From the IMG/VR virus record IMGVR_UViG_3300005805_000044: DNA of 64,000 nt. One strand, given 5' to 3'. This DNA comes from a virus. Below are positions 19,375 to 29,902 of the stretch, piece after piece. The position numbers and the translations under genes were made by a program. Numbering within the stretch: position 1 is the first letter of the stretch; each line of letters begins with the position of its first letter. The notes below the pieces were generated by a model. It made no database searches. It was not told the origin of the DNA and saw nothing but the letters and a program-made list of their open reading frames with translations.

Positions 19375-20436
19375 TTATAGTTTGAATCCATCAAAAGCAT
19401 TCTCAGAAATAGTATTATCTACACCCTTTACATAACTACTCAACTCGGTTTCTTGAGGAGCCACTTGAAGCTTCTTACTATCATAATAACTGTCCAACCA
19501 TCCAGCCAGAGGATTGCTCTTAGCGTTTGGATACAACTTCTTATATCCAATACTTTGTAGTCGATTGTTACATAACCATTCAATATAGGTATTTAAACTA
19601 TCATTGGTCAATCCTACGAGGTTACCCTTACTAAATAGATAGTTAGCCCAATCCTTTTCAGCCTCTACAGCAATCTTATATGCTTCGTATACCTTATCTT
19701 CAGACTTCTTAATAATATCTTGGAAACCTTCATCCTTATTCTCCGTCAAATAACGAAGAATATTTTGGGTAATAGCAACGTGTAGGTTTTCATCGCGACT
19801 GATAAACTTAATAATCTTGGCATTACCCTCCATCTTTCCACGATAACCAAAGTAGAAGCTACAAGCGAATGACACATAGAACACCAAACCTTCAGTGATC
19901 TGTGTTGCGAGAATAGCATCAAAGATCTGTTGACGAATATCATCCTTATCAGTTGCCAATAGAGCATCATACTTTTCACTAATAGCCTTGGCTCTCTTGA
20001 CAATTTCTTTATCTTCAAGAATACTATCAAAAAACTTGGTAGCATCTGGATACACATTGTTCAAAATATAGGTGTAACTGTTGCTATGGATGGTTTCAAA
20101 GAAACTCCAAGTGTTCATACAAATCTCTAGTTCTGGATTTGTTACATATTTCATCATCTGGTGAATACTACGACTTAACATACTGTCGGTCATAGTTTGA
20201 AACTTGAGATTACTATCAAATACAAATCGTTCTTCATCAGACAAATTCTTATAGTCTGCAATGTCTTTGACCAAACTAACTTCCTGCGGTCTCCAAAAGA
20301 AATTCAACTGTTGATCATATAGATCGTAGAATTTAGGATACTTTTGTTTGTCATATCGTTGCAGCGACAAATCATCTCCTAAAAAGATAGGATTTTTAGT
20401 TACGTCAATGTTGGATTTATTCAATACGGTTTTCAT
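19375..20436 (-). CDS. nrdB: class Ia ribonucleotide reductase beta subunit
   Basis: FFWRPQEV, ETIHSNSY, EGLVFYVSF, RDENLH, APQETE. Confidence 0.96.
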   Translation of the reverse strand: MKTVLNKSNIDVTKNPIFLGDDLSLQRYDKQKYPKFYDLYDQQLNFFWRPQEVSLVKDIADYKNLSDEERFVFDSNLKFQTMTDSMLSRSIHQMMKYVTNPELEICMNTWSFFETIHSNSYTYILNNVYPDATKFFDSILEDKEIVKRAKAISEKYDALLATDKDDIRQQIFDAILATQITEGLVFYVSFACSFYFGYRGKMEGNAKIIKFISRDENLHVAITQNILRYLTENKDEGFQDIIKKSEDKVYEAYKIAVEAEKDWANYLFSKGNLVGLTNDSLNTYIEWLCNNRLQSIGYKKLYPNAKSNPLAGWLDSYYDSKKLQVAPQETELSSYVKGVDNTISENAFDGFKL

Positions 20437-20450
20437 ATGTAGTTTTTCTA

Positions 20451-22748
20451 TTATAGGGCACATGCTCCACTAGCACAACCACTTTCTTGTTCAATAGTTG
20501 GTTCTTGTTTTGTTACTTCAGACTTCTTTTCTTCCATTGCGGTTTGTTTATCACCATCATCAGTATTGGCATAATACAAATTCTTAATACCATACTTGTA
20601 AGCCAACAACATATCTTTAATTACTTCTTGAACTGGCACCTTGTTACTAGGATATCTTGAAGGAACATAATATGTGTTTGTGGAAATGCTCATATCAGTA
20701 AACTTCTGAATAGCAGCAGCAATCTTTAAATAACCATCATTGTCAGGCATATCAAAAGCAAAGGTATAGTTTTCTTTAAACTTATCAATACCAGGCACAA
20801 CTACAGGCAGGATGTTACTCTTACTGCCTTTAAAACTGATAGCACTACGAGGAGGTTCAATACCATTAGTAGAACTCTGAATAACACTACTTGATTCGAC
20901 AGGCATACATGCAGTCAATGTTGAATGACGCATTCCATGTTTCTTGATTTCTTCACGCAGACCTTCCCAATCCATGTGTAGTTTCTCTGTAATAAATTCA
21001 TCAACATCTTTCTTATAAGTGTCAATAGGGAGAATGCCCAAATTAAACTTGGTCTTGTCAAACTTCTCACACTTACCAAGTTCTTTTGCCATTTGAACAC
21101 TAGCTTCAATCAAGTAATAACTTTGTTTTTCCATCATCTTGGCAACAACATTAGGTGCTTTCTTATCCCAATACTTATATCCTTCACGGGCAAGATAAGC
21201 AGCCAAGTTACTTACACCAACGCCAAGACTACGACGTTTCTTAGCAAAGTTTTCAGCAGCAGGCACAAAATAATTCTGATGTTCAATTAAAGCGTCCAAC
21301 ATTCTAACAATAACATCACAAACACTCTTCATTTCATCATCGTCCTTGATTTCAAGCCAATTTACAGCGGCCAAAATACAAACACCAATTTCACCATTTG
21401 GATCATTGACATCAGTAATAGGAATCAATGGATGATTAACTTCCAAACATAGATTACTAGTATCAACTTGTTCAGTCCAACTACCGTGATCATTTGCGTG
21501 ATCAACAAACATAGTATAAATACGACCAGTCTCAAGACGTTCTTTTGCCAACAAACCAATTAGTTCACGAGCAGGAATCTTCTTCTTGAATTTAATATTT
21601 TTATTAGCCTCAGCCTTTTCATACAACTCTTTGAAGTTTGAAAAACCAAAGCTATTCCACAAACTAGGACATTCATGATAACTAAACAATGTAACATCCT
21701 TGTTCTGTAGGAAACGTTCAAAGATCAACTTATCAAGACCAATACAATAATCAAGCTTGCGAACACGATTGTCATCAGTTCCTGCATTGTTCTTCAACAC
21801 CATGATATCCATAATGTCATAATGAAACCAAGCAAAATTGACGGTTGCACTACCACCACGAATACCATTCTGATGACAACACTTTACAGTGGACTCAAAA
21901 GCCTTAGCAAAAGGAATTGGACCGGTATGAATCACTTCGCCGTTACGAATTGGTGCATTGGTAGCACGCAAACGACTCAAATTAAGTCCAATACCATAGC
22001 GAGATGCAGTGGCAAATCCAACTGCACTATTGTTACTAAAAATACTCTTCAACGTATCATCAACAGTAAACAAACTACAAGAAGCATAACTCTTCATTGG
22101 AGTTCTAACACCAGCCATAATTGGGGTAGGAAGATTAATTTTATGTTTACTGAAGTAGTTGTAAGCTTTCTTAACATAATCAAGTCTGTGATCTTTGTAG
22201 TCCTTGAAAAATGTCATGGCAATCAACATATAAGCAAACTGTGGAGTCTCATAAATCTTCTTGGTAGATCTATTTTGAACCAAGTATTTATCACACAATT
22301 GTTTAATTCCAGCGTAAGTGAAATTAAAATCACGATCATGTTTCAGATATTCATCCAACTTATCAAACTCTTGCTTTGAATACCAATTTAAGATTTCATC
22401 ATCATAAACCATGTGGCCAATGTTAGCCTTGACAAGATCATACAATTTAGGAGGATTCTTTCCACCCCAAACTTCTTTTCTCAAATGATAATTCAACAAT
22501 CGTGAAGCAACATATTGATAGTTAGGTTTTTCCTCACTAATCAAATTGGCAGCTGCTTCAATCAACATGGCATGAATATCTTTTGAAGACATTCCATCAA
22601 AGAAACTGAGATGTGCATTCATCGCAACTTCTTCAAAACCAACACCTTTTATATCTTCGGTAGACCATTGCAAAACTTTATTGATTTTGTCTGCATTGAA
22701 TTTTTCTACCTTTCCACTACGCTTCTTAATAAAAATCTCTTTATTCAT
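20451..22748 (-). CDS. nrdA: class Ia ribonucleotide reductase alpha subunit with ATP cone
   Basis: IKKRSG ATP cone, PTPIMAG, SNLCLE, MPVESSS, NGIEP, LYY, C-terminal CASGAC. Confidence 0.97.
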   Translation of the reverse strand: MNKEIFIKKRSGKVEKFNADKINKVLQWSTEDIKGVGFEEVAMNAHLSFFDGMSSKDIHAMLIEAAANLISEEKPNYQYVASRLLNYHLRKEVWGGKNPPKLYDLVKANIGHMVYDDEILNWYSKQEFDKLDEYLKHDRDFNFTYAGIKQLCDKYLVQNRSTKKIYETPQFAYMLIAMTFFKDYKDHRLDYVKKAYNYFSKHKINLPTPIMAGVRTPMKSYASCSLFTVDDTLKSIFSNNSAVGFATASRYGIGLNLSRLRATNAPIRNGEVIHTGPIPFAKAFESTVKCCHQNGIRGGSATVNFAWFHYDIMDIMVLKNNAGTDDNRVRKLDYCIGLDKLIFERFLQNKDVTLFSYHECPSLWNSFGFSNFKELYEKAEANKNIKFKKKIPARELIGLLAKERLETGRIYTMFVDHANDHGSWTEQVDTSNLCLEVNHPLIPITDVNDPNGEIGVCILAAVNWLEIKDDDEMKSVCDVIVRMLDALIEHQNYFVPAAENFAKKRRSLGVGVSNLAAYLAREGYKYWDKKAPNVVAKMMEKQSYYLIEASVQMAKELGKCEKFDKTKFNLGILPIDTYKKDVDEFITEKLHMDWEGLREEIKKHGMRHSTLTACMPVESSSVIQSSTNGIEPPRSAISFKGSKSNILPVVVPGIDKFKENYTFAFDMPDNDGYLKIAAAIQKFTDMSISTNTYYVPSRYPSNKVPVQEVIKDMLLAYKYGIKNLYYANTDDGDKQTAMEEKKSEVTKQEPTIEQESGCASGACAL

Positions 22749-22862
22749 AAATTTGTTACAATGGTGATAAATAACTATGACTTAAAAATGCCTTCGTGAA
22801 CGATCTGACAAATAATTTTTTAAACTTTTTTTGACAGGTTTTTCACGATGACATACTATGAA

Positions 22863-24248
22863 TTATTCTTCATCCTCATCAGTGTTGTGTGCATTCCATT
22901 TGTTCTTCAAAATCTTCTTGACTTGGTTTTCACCATCCATCATTTCATTTTGAAGAGCCATACCTTCACGACTATTTTCAGCATAAATCTCAATTTGACC
23001 ACATCCTGCGTTCATTTTGCTTGGGAATGTCAAACCATCTGGGCCGAAACGATTTTTGATAATGTGAAAACGTGCAGTGTGGTTGACTTTATCGGTAACT
23101 TTACGACTTAGACTCATTACAAAGTCGGCAGTCATGATCTTACGATAACTATCTGCGATATTGTTTGCCTGAATAATATCCTCATCCATAGCTGCTCTAT
23201 TTGACTGTGAAGCACTCCAAATAGGCACTTGAAGTTCGCCTGCAATACTTCGAAGTTCTTCATAAATACCACCAGCTTCTTGATAACTGTTACTATTGCG
23301 ATCACTGTGAATTGGTCGAAGAATATCAGCATAATCAACAATAATCATATCAATTTTGGTTCCAAGTGTATGAATACGTTCACAATGTGCCTTCAAACTA
23401 TGAGCTGATACCGTCTTGATTGGGAAATACTTGATCTTTAACTTACCAGGCACTTCGTTGATCTTTTGTTTAACAACATCAACATTGTTACGAATATTCT
23501 GGAAGTCGATACCAGTGAAACAACTGTCATATCGAAGACCAACATAATTCTCGTTCAACTCAAGAGTAAAATGTAAAACATTCTTACCTTGTTTCATTGC
23601 TTCCGCACCCAACTTAGACAATACCCAACTCTTACCACTACCTGCACATGCAGTAATAATACCAAGTTCGCCAGGTCCAAGACCACCATCCATAAGTGCA
23701 TCAATTACTTCCCAATTGGTCTTGATTGAATTTCTTGCCATCACAGTCATACGTTTCTCAACGTCTTCTTCATATGAATGACCAAGATTACGTTCCATAC
23801 CAGCCTTAAGAGCTTCATCAACCTTGCTCTTGATCTTTTCATACTCACCAGTCACCAACAAATCAACTGCTTCATTGATGGCATTCTTCAACTTTTGATT
23901 CTTACAGAATTCCAAGAACTGTTCCTTGATATAAGTCAAGTCACCATCATTCATCTTTTGATATACCACCTTGAGATTGTTGACGATACTTGCCTTTAAA
24001 GCTTCATTGGTCACAGACTCAAGTTGAACCTTGAATACATTTAGAGTAGGCAAATCACGATATTCATTAAAATAACTGATACTCTGTTTTACAATCCAAC
24101 GATGTGCTTCATTTTCAAAGAATTCTGGTTCAACAATATCTGTCAAACGTTCGATGAATGGTCTATCAGATACAAGACCAGAGATGCACTTGATTTGAAA
24201 TTCACTTCCAAACTTCTTTAGGTTATCAATAATAATTTTCTCGCTCAT
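22863..24248 (-). CDS. gp41: replicative DnaB-like helicase (T4 gp41-like)
   Basis: GSGKS, FTLEL, IVDYAD, WSASQSNR, IADS, KNRFG. Confidence 0.92.
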   Translation of the reverse strand: MSEKIIIDNLKKFGSEFQIKCISGLVSDRPFIERLTDIVEPEFFENEAHRWIVKQSISYFNEYRDLPTLNVFKVQLESVTNEALKASIVNNLKVVYQKMNDGDLTYIKEQFLEFCKNQKLKNAINEAVDLLVTGEYEKIKSKVDEALKAGMERNLGHSYEEDVEKRMTVMARNSIKTNWEVIDALMDGGLGPGELGIITACAGSGKSWVLSKLGAEAMKQGKNVLHFTLELNENYVGLRYDSCFTGIDFQNIRNNVDVVKQKINEVPGKLKIKYFPIKTVSAHSLKAHCERIHTLGTKIDMIIVDYADILRPIHSDRNSNSYQEAGGIYEELRSIAGELQVPIWSASQSNRAAMDEDIIQANNIADSYRKIMTADFVMSLSRKVTDKVNHTARFHIIKNRFGPDGLTFPSKMNAGCGQIEIYAENSREGMALQNEMMDGENQVKKILKNKWNAHNTDEDEE

Positions 24249-24271
24249 TGGTTAATTCTTTCGATGTGACT

Positions 24272-24300
24272 ATGCTACACTACATGCGTAGCTTCATCAA
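24272..24300 (-). promoter_or_regulatory. possible sigma70-type promoter of the helicase gene
   Basis: TTGATG-17 nt-TAGCAT. Confidence 0.4.
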
Positions 24301-24323
24301 TTTTTTATAAACTGTTTGTTTTG

Positions 24324-25391
24324 TTACAGAACGAAACTGTTGACTTTACCCCAAGTTTCGTTTAACCATACCATGTAGTTGGGTAGGTTGTTCCACATTT
24401 TATCCTCGTTGATTAATCTACTAAATGCTAGTTTATTAATTTGAGGAATTGGTTTTTGAATAATTTCTTCTATACGAAGTTGCGTGAAAGATTGAATCTG
24501 CGTATTTTTCAATTGCATCAATTCAAAATTTCTCTCCATTGTCAACTTTTCATTCAATACCTTTTCGTATAGTTTGTATTTGCCTTTGTTGTTTTCTGAA
24601 TAATTGTATAGTTCTTGCAATGAAGATTGACGTTCATCAGCAAGAAATGGAAAACACTTGATAATTGTTTTTAATCCAGCACCGTTGATGCCTGGAATGT
24701 TATCACTTTCATCACCTTCCATTGTTCTATAGAATATGAAATTATTACAAGTGATTCCATATTCATCAACAATTTCTTTACATCCAAATATTTTCTTCTT
24801 GGTAGGACTCCAAATCTTAATTTTGTCACTGGCAAGTTGTAGGAAGTCCTTATCAGACGACATAATTGTGACATTACTGTCTTTGAAAGTTTGTTCAGCC
24901 AAATAAGCAATAGTATCATCTGCCTCAATATTATCAATTGCCATCACAGTAATTGGTAATACATCAAGATAATTGATTAATCTCAACAACTCCATCTTGA
25001 GATTCTTTTGTTCAATATCACTATCAGACATTTCTTCGTAGGTTCTATTGAACTTGATACGAGTCTTACGTCCCTTCTTATATTCTGGATAAATCTTACG
25101 TCGTTTTTGACTACCACCATTACCATCAAATACAACAATAACTCTGGTAGGATTTAATAATTTAATGGCATACCCAACACTCTTCAAGAATCCAGCAATG
25201 CCACCAGTGTGCATACCATCATCATTCATAGATGGCACAGCCATAAATGAACGGATAAAAGTATTCAAACCGTCTACAATAAGGATGTCAGAGTTGGTGG
25301 TTTTTTGAAGACCACCAACTCCAACTTCATCCTTTATGTTCTCAAATAAAGAGAACAACTTCTTTTTTTCGTTGGAAGTAAATCCACTCAT
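24324..25391 (-). CDS. rnh: 5'-3' exonuclease / T4 RNase H-like FEN
   Basis: IVDGLN, VFDG, YKKGR, EADD, SSDKDFLQL, GDESDNIPGING.G. Confidence 0.92.
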   Translation of the reverse strand: MSGFTSNEKKKLFSLFENIKDEVGVGGLQKTTNSDILIVDGLNTFIRSFMAVPSMNDDGMHTGGIAGFLKSVGYAIKLLNPTRVIVVFDGNGGSQKRRKIYPEYKKGRKTRIKFNRTYEEMSDSDIEQKNLKMELLRLINYLDVLPITVMAIDNIEADDTIAYLAEQTFKDSNVTIMSSDKDFLQLASDKIKIWSPTKKKIFGCKEIVDEYGITCNNFIFYRTMEGDESDNIPGINGAGLKTIIKCFPFLADERQSSLQELYNYSENNKGKYKLYEKVLNEKLTMERNFELMQLKNTQIQSFTQLRIEEIIQKPIPQINKLAFSRLINEDKMWNNLPNYMVWLNETWGKVNSFVL

Positions 25392-25393
25392 GA

Positions 25394-26533
25394 TTATTCT
25401 TCAGCTCCAGCGTCTTCTTCGTCAGTAGCCACTTGAGCATCTTCAACAATCTTGCTATTAGGATCCTTATACTTCATTACAACTGCGTCACAAATCTTCA
25501 AGTAAATTTCTTCCTTGAGTTTTGAATCACTCTGCAATGTAGCAATAAAGTCCTTAGATTGGAACTTCCAGTCGGTGCCATCAACCTTTTGATAAGTATA
25601 ATAAGCACCCGCTTGTTTTACTAGACCATTGTCCTTAAGGACTTTGATCCAACTACTATAGTCTGCAATTCCGCTATCGAAGTAGATATCGAAATTTGCA
25701 GTGCGTTGTGGTGGGCCCATTCTGTTCTTAACAACCACTGCCTTACACTCATTACCGATGATTTCCTCACCTTTCTTGAGCTTGCCAGCATTATTAAGAC
25801 GAACACGAACACTACAATGATAAGCTAGAGCCTTACCACCACTGACTACATACTTGTCTCCAAATGCCATAGCATTTAGATTCTGACGTAGCTGATTGGT
25901 GAAGATTGTGAGAACCTTCTGTTTACCAATCATGTTGGTGATCTTTCTCATAGCCTTACTGATAATGATACTCTTACCAGTTGCATAACCATCCTTACCA
26001 TGTTCACTCTCAAGTTCTGCCTTGGTTGAAGCAGCTGCTACAGAATCAACGATAATAGTAAGAATACGATCCTTATTGCTCTTACGAACAATAGCGATCA
26101 TTTTTTCTATCTGTTCGAAAATATCTTCAACGGTTTCACATTGAACATACAACATCTTCTTGAGATCTACACCCAAACTTGTCCAAAACTCAGGCGACCC
26201 AGCATTTTCCGTATCAATAAGAACTGCCATTCCGCCTTTCTTTTGAGTTTCCGCAACAACATGTGCCGAAATAAGACTCTTACCAGTTCCTTCCAATCCA
26301 TTGAACTCAACCATTCTGCCAACTGGCAAACCACCGTGTGGTCTATTGCTAATCGCGAGATCTAGGATAGAAGACCCTGTGCTAATCCAATCTGTGATAT
26401 CAGTTGGATTGTCTTTTTCATCCAGAGTATATGCAATCTTTCCTCCATCCTTGTTAGCCTTATTAAGCTCGGTTTGGAGTAAATCGATTAGATCATCTCT
26501 GTCTGAATTTTGTGCGTTTGATTTCTTTGCCAT
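25394..26533 (-). CDS. uvsX: RecA/UvsX recombinase
   Basis: GLEGTGKS, IDTE, IVDSVAA, FTNQLR, SGGKALAY, VVKNR. Confidence 0.95.
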   Translation of the reverse strand: MAKKSNAQNSDRDDLIDLLQTELNKANKDGGKIAYTLDEKDNPTDITDWISTGSSILDLAISNRPHGGLPVGRMVEFNGLEGTGKSLISAHVVAETQKKGGMAVLIDTENAGSPEFWTSLGVDLKKMLYVQCETVEDIFEQIEKMIAIVRKSNKDRILTIIVDSVAAASTKAELESEHGKDGYATGKSIIISKAMRKITNMIGKQKVLTIFTNQLRQNLNAMAFGDKYVVSGGKALAYHCSVRVRLNNAGKLKKGEEIIGNECKAVVVKNRMGPPQRTANFDIYFDSGIADYSSWIKVLKDNGLVKQAGAYYTYQKVDGTDWKFQSKDFIATLQSDSKLKEEIYLKICDAVVMKYKDPNSKIVEDAQVATDEEDAGAEE

Positions 26534-26548
26534 AACGTGTATAACTAG

Positions 26549-26579
26549 AAAACCGGTGGCGTATAAAAACCGCCACCGG
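26549..26579 (-). terminator. intrinsic terminator after gp32
   Basis: CCGGTGGCG/CGCCACCGG 9-bp stem followed by TTTT. Confidence 0.75.
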
Positions 26580-26593
26580 CTTAATTTAATTTT

Positions 26594-27499
26594 TTAGGAG
26601 TTGAACAAATCGTCAAACGCCTTTTCGACATCATTCTTTGGAGCAGCTGCCTTCTTGGCTGTTGGAGAAACAACAGTCTTAGTTGGGGCAACAGGCTTTG
26701 ATGGTGCCGGAGCTGATGTCGGAGCTGGTGCCGCTTTCTTAACTTCGGCAACAATCTTTGCATCAAAAGGTGCATCATCCGTCACAGCGGTTTCCTCTTC
26801 GGAAACAACTGGAGTTTCAACTTCACCTTCCGTCTCTGGATTCAACCACTTATCCATCACATCCTTGAGTTCATCGTAAGACAACTCTGGGAATAGATCA
26901 AGAATATTGGTCTGATTCTTAAGAGACTCAATCAACTGAGCATTCTTAGGGTCAACTGCTGGTGTGACACTTGGCTTCACACGAACAGTGGTTTCAGGAA
27001 AACTCTTTCCAGATTCTTCAGCTGTCTTGAATTCAACAGTAATATCACGACCATTGGCGAGGTCAGTAATATCACCATATTCTGCGTCCAAACAAACTGA
27101 GACGAGTTCTTGATAAACAGTCTTACCGAAACCCCAGAACTTCACACCTTCATTCTCTTCACCACGAACGATGACTGGAGCGAATGTGCGCATCTTGGGT
27201 TCCATCTTACGACCCATCTGCCAATCTTCCTTGGAACCAGTCTTCTTCAAACGATTAGCAAATTCCACGATAGGATCTGGACGACCAAAACTATCTGGTG
27301 AAAGATAAGTCTTGCCGTTGATATTATAATGGAACTTGAGTTCGATGAAAGGGTTCTCAGGATTGAACTTGTAGGGAACAATACGAACCACTTGTTTTCC
27401 AGGCTTGGGTTTCCAAAGAAGATCGTTTTTCTTGTTATTGGAACCTTGGTTTGAAAGGGAGTTCAAACGACTCTTTAGCTGCGATATATTTAACGCCAT
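26594..27499 (-). CDS. gp32: single-stranded DNA-binding protein (T4 gp32-like)
   Basis: WKP..G..VRIVP, FWGFGKTVY, DITD...GRD, acidic tail ending FDDLFNS. Confidence 0.88.
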   Translation of the reverse strand: MALNISQLKSRLNSLSNQGSNNKKNDLLWKPKPGKQVVRIVPYKFNPENPFIELKFHYNINGKTYLSPDSFGRPDPIVEFANRLKKTGSKEDWQMGRKMEPKMRTFAPVIVRGEENEGVKFWGFGKTVYQELVSVCLDAEYGDITDLANGRDITVEFKTAEESGKSFPETTVRVKPSVTPAVDPKNAQLIESLKNQTNILDLFPELSYDELKDVMDKWLNPETEGEVETPVVSEEETAVTDDAPFDAKIVAEVKKAAPAPTSAPAPSKPVAPTKTVVSPTAKKAAAPKNDVEKAFDDLFNS

Positions 27500-27541
27500 A
27501 ATTAGTTTAATTAGTTAATTAGTTTAATTGGTTAATTAGTT
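27500..27541 (-). repeat. 5 tandem AATTAGTT(T) units directly 5' of the gp32 start; putative translational operator
   Basis: aattagttt/aattagtt/aattagttt/aattggtt/aattagtt on the + strand. Confidence 0.8.
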
Positions 27542-27592
27542 AAATGTCTTAATTCACTTAAATTAAGATTCTTAACGAATCACCATGACGAC

Positions 27593-27621
27593 ACTCTACA
27601 CCATGTATAGAAGACCGTCAA
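27593..27621 (-). promoter_or_regulatory. sigma70-type promoter of gp32
   Basis: TTGACG-17 nt-TAGAGT; a TATTTAT element lies just upstream (27625-27631). Confidence 0.6.
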
Positions 27622-27635
27622 GGTATAAATACATA

Positions 27636-28031
27636 TCACCACGAAAGTATAGAAAACAGCTTTAGTTGGACAATTTTAACGCCCGGATCAGATATAAGAA
27701 TAATACAATTTTTATATAAATCCCAGTTAAGTTGAAATGTTTTATCAAACACACCTTCATTTTCATCTACAATCAAACGATTCATAGCATTAAGTGTATA
27801 AAGCGTATTGGTTTGTTTTTTCCTATGAACACTAATTGTATTGGGGTATTTAACTTTAGAATTAGGATCTTTGACTACATTAAAAGTCAAATATATTTCT
27901 CTTAAATTTTTCTCATTAGTAAACACAAATATTTTGTTGTCAATTAGATCGTAGGTATTTTTAATTTCTTCTACGACTGACAAATACTTTGTGCTATCAG
28001 AAAATGTGCAAAGTAATTGTTTTTGTATCAT
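27636..28031 (-). CDS. hypothetical protein
   Basis: ATGA overlap with upstream gene; QLLCTF, HRKKQTNTLYTLNAMN. Confidence 0.7.
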   Translation of the reverse strand: MIQKQLLCTFSDSTKYLSVVEEIKNTYDLIDNKIFVFTNEKNLREIYLTFNVVKDPNSKVKYPNTISVHRKKQTNTLYTLNAMNRLIVDENEGVFDKTFQLNWDLYKNCIILISDPGVKIVQLKLFSILSW

Positions 28032-29902
28032 GTCGATGTTGGTTCTACTGGCATAACATCTGGCGTAGATTGTGTTGGCATTTCCCAAGTCCAAGCTCCA
28101 TCTGCTTCTCCTTGTATACCCAATATTTCAGTAAATTTCATCCATCCTTCTTGTATAATTGATTTCATGTATCTTCCAAGCTTTAGTATATCTTCATAGA
28201 TACTTTGTAACCCTGCTTTTACTGATTCCCACGCCTTGGTAAAAAATTCTTTTGCTTTTCCAGTCAAAGATTGAATGTCCTTCCATACATCACCAAAGTA
28301 ATTTGAAATGTATGTTCCTGCAGACTTGATCGTGTCCATCAATCCTTCATCAAGTTGAATTTCTTCTAATTTGATATCACCACGAATAGAAATTCCACGA
28401 ACGCCTCCACGATTTGAAAATCTAAACTTGATGTTATTGTCATTATCTTTTATAAACTTGGTGACGGTATAGATGTGATAATTACCAGAACAATCCCAAG
28501 TCATCATATGATCGGCAATACAATCTGCTCTAAAATTTGCTTTTCCTTGTGCAAATCGACGTTTTCCAGTTGCCAACTCTTCAATCAACATATAACGACG
28601 TTCTGGATTAACGAAAACACTGTTCAATGTTTCTAGTGTCTTGGTCATATCAATTGGTATTTGACCTTTTTTAACGAAACTCTTGTTTTGTTTAATAATA
28701 TTTTCTACATTTTGAATATCATCTTTGATGTCTTCCACTGAAGCGCCACGTATTACTGCTGTCAATGACTTATGAAGTTGTTCTTTGACAGAATCTTGAA
28801 GTCCAACATAAAACTTCTTCTCAATACCATTCAATATAAATGATGATACTTGTTCCATTAATACTTTATCTTCACCAGAATCTTCTAATATTGCTGATAC
28901 CACAGAGTTTACTTCAGCATTTTGAGCACTACAAATTTGAGCACCAGTGGCTTTCAAACTGGCTCTCATTCTTTTCTTTCCACCAAAAATCAAATCGGTC
29001 TTGGATGTGCTATTCAATTGTGTAAATAACGGATTTGTAATTGGACATGTTTTGTCACCCAACGCGTCACATGTTTTGATACCATCAATTTTACTCAATT
29101 TAGCAGCAATTAAAGCAGCAGTCTTATCGCCGGATGGTCTGTTATTTAATTCATCTGCAATGTAAAACTCCATCTTTTGAGCATTACATGATGACTTTTC
29201 AGAAATGATTACTGGACCTGCAGACTCTTTGTATACTTGTTCACCAATTAATTTTCCGTCTAACTTATACCAATTGAATCCATTTTTTACAAACCCACAT
29301 TTGATTGCTTCTTCAATTGTATATTCATCTTTATCACATTCATTACATCCACAATCTTCACATTCGTCTATTTGTTGATTAATTAGTGGAGCGTCATTTA
29401 AGATAGCATTTACAGCAACGGCATCTTGTGACTTTTCTTTTGATGTTCTATCGTCTTTTTTGTCATCACCGGTGATCTTTTTATCTAGTTCTTGATCAAG
29501 AGATACTGTGTCAGATTTGTCTGAGTCTTGTTTTTCTTCCTCAGAATCGGTCTTTTCAATATCAGCGGTTGAGAGTCCGCCTGCATCAGTAGGCGAGAAT
29601 AATGTTCCAACGTTCTTTTTAGGATTTTCCGCAAAATGTGTTCCTTTATCAACTGCTCTATCACGATATTCTTTACTAGGAAATGTAACTAAAATACCGT
29701 CTTTATTGTATGCTTGACGTTCTGGGAATTTGCCCGCCTCAAACAATTTAGCCGTATTGTTTACAATTGTTTCTAAACTAAACCCCGCTTTTTCTAGATA
29801 TTCTTGTAAAACAAATACGTGTTCAGGCACTTCTAGCCTCAACACGCCATCTTTTATACGACTGTCACAACAAACATCGTTTATAATTGAGTTGAATTTC
29901 AT
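28028..29902 (-). CDS. late protein with a restriction-endonuclease-like central domain
   Basis: TATTTAT 5 nt upstream; E...KTDL...SLK..GAQ...E pattern. Confidence 0.5.
   Translation of the reverse strand: MKFNSIINDVCCDSRIKDGVLRLEVPEHVFVLQEYLEKAGFSLETIVNNTAKLFEAGKFPERQAYNKDGILVTFPSKEYRDRAVDKGTHFAENPKKNVGTLFSPTDAGGLSTADIEKTDSEEEKQDSDKSDTVSLDQELDKKITGDDKKDDRTSKEKSQDAVAVNAILNDAPLINQQIDECEDCGCNECDKDEYTIEEAIKCGFVKNGFNWYKLDGKLIGEQVYKESAGPVIISEKSSCNAQKMEFYIADELNNRPSGDKTAALIAAKLSKIDGIKTCDALGDKTCPITNPLFTQLNSTSKTDLIFGGKKRMRASLKATGAQICSAQNAEVNSVVSAILEDSGEDKVLMEQVSSFILNGIEKKFYVGLQDSVKEQLHKSLTAVIRGASVEDIKDDIQNVENIIKQNKSFVKKGQIPIDMTKTLETLNSVFVNPERRYMLIEELATGKRRFAQGKANFRADCIADHMMTWDCSGNYHIYTVTKFIKDNDNNIKFRFSNRGGVRGISIRGDIKLEEIQLDEGLMDTIKSAGTYISNYFGDVWKDIQSLTGKAKEFFTKAWESVKAGLQSIYEDILKLGRYMKSIIQEGWMKFTEILGIQGEADGAWTWEMPTQSTPDVMPVEPTST

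Noticed and set aside
21822-22379. 185-aa + strand ORF and other short antisense/alternate-frame ORFs (e.g. 31911..32360, 58410..58904)
   Set aside because: They lie wholly within well-supported genes, lack motifs and initiation signals, and are explained by codon bias.
19375-26533. Introns, inteins or homing endonucleases in nrdA/nrdB/helicase/recombinase
   Set aside because: All have normal lengths with contiguous motifs; no intein ends or HNH/LAGLIDADG/GIY-YIG ORFs seen.
27500-27541. CRISPR array or mini-array
   Set aside because: Units are 8-9 bp, directly tandem, with no spacers.
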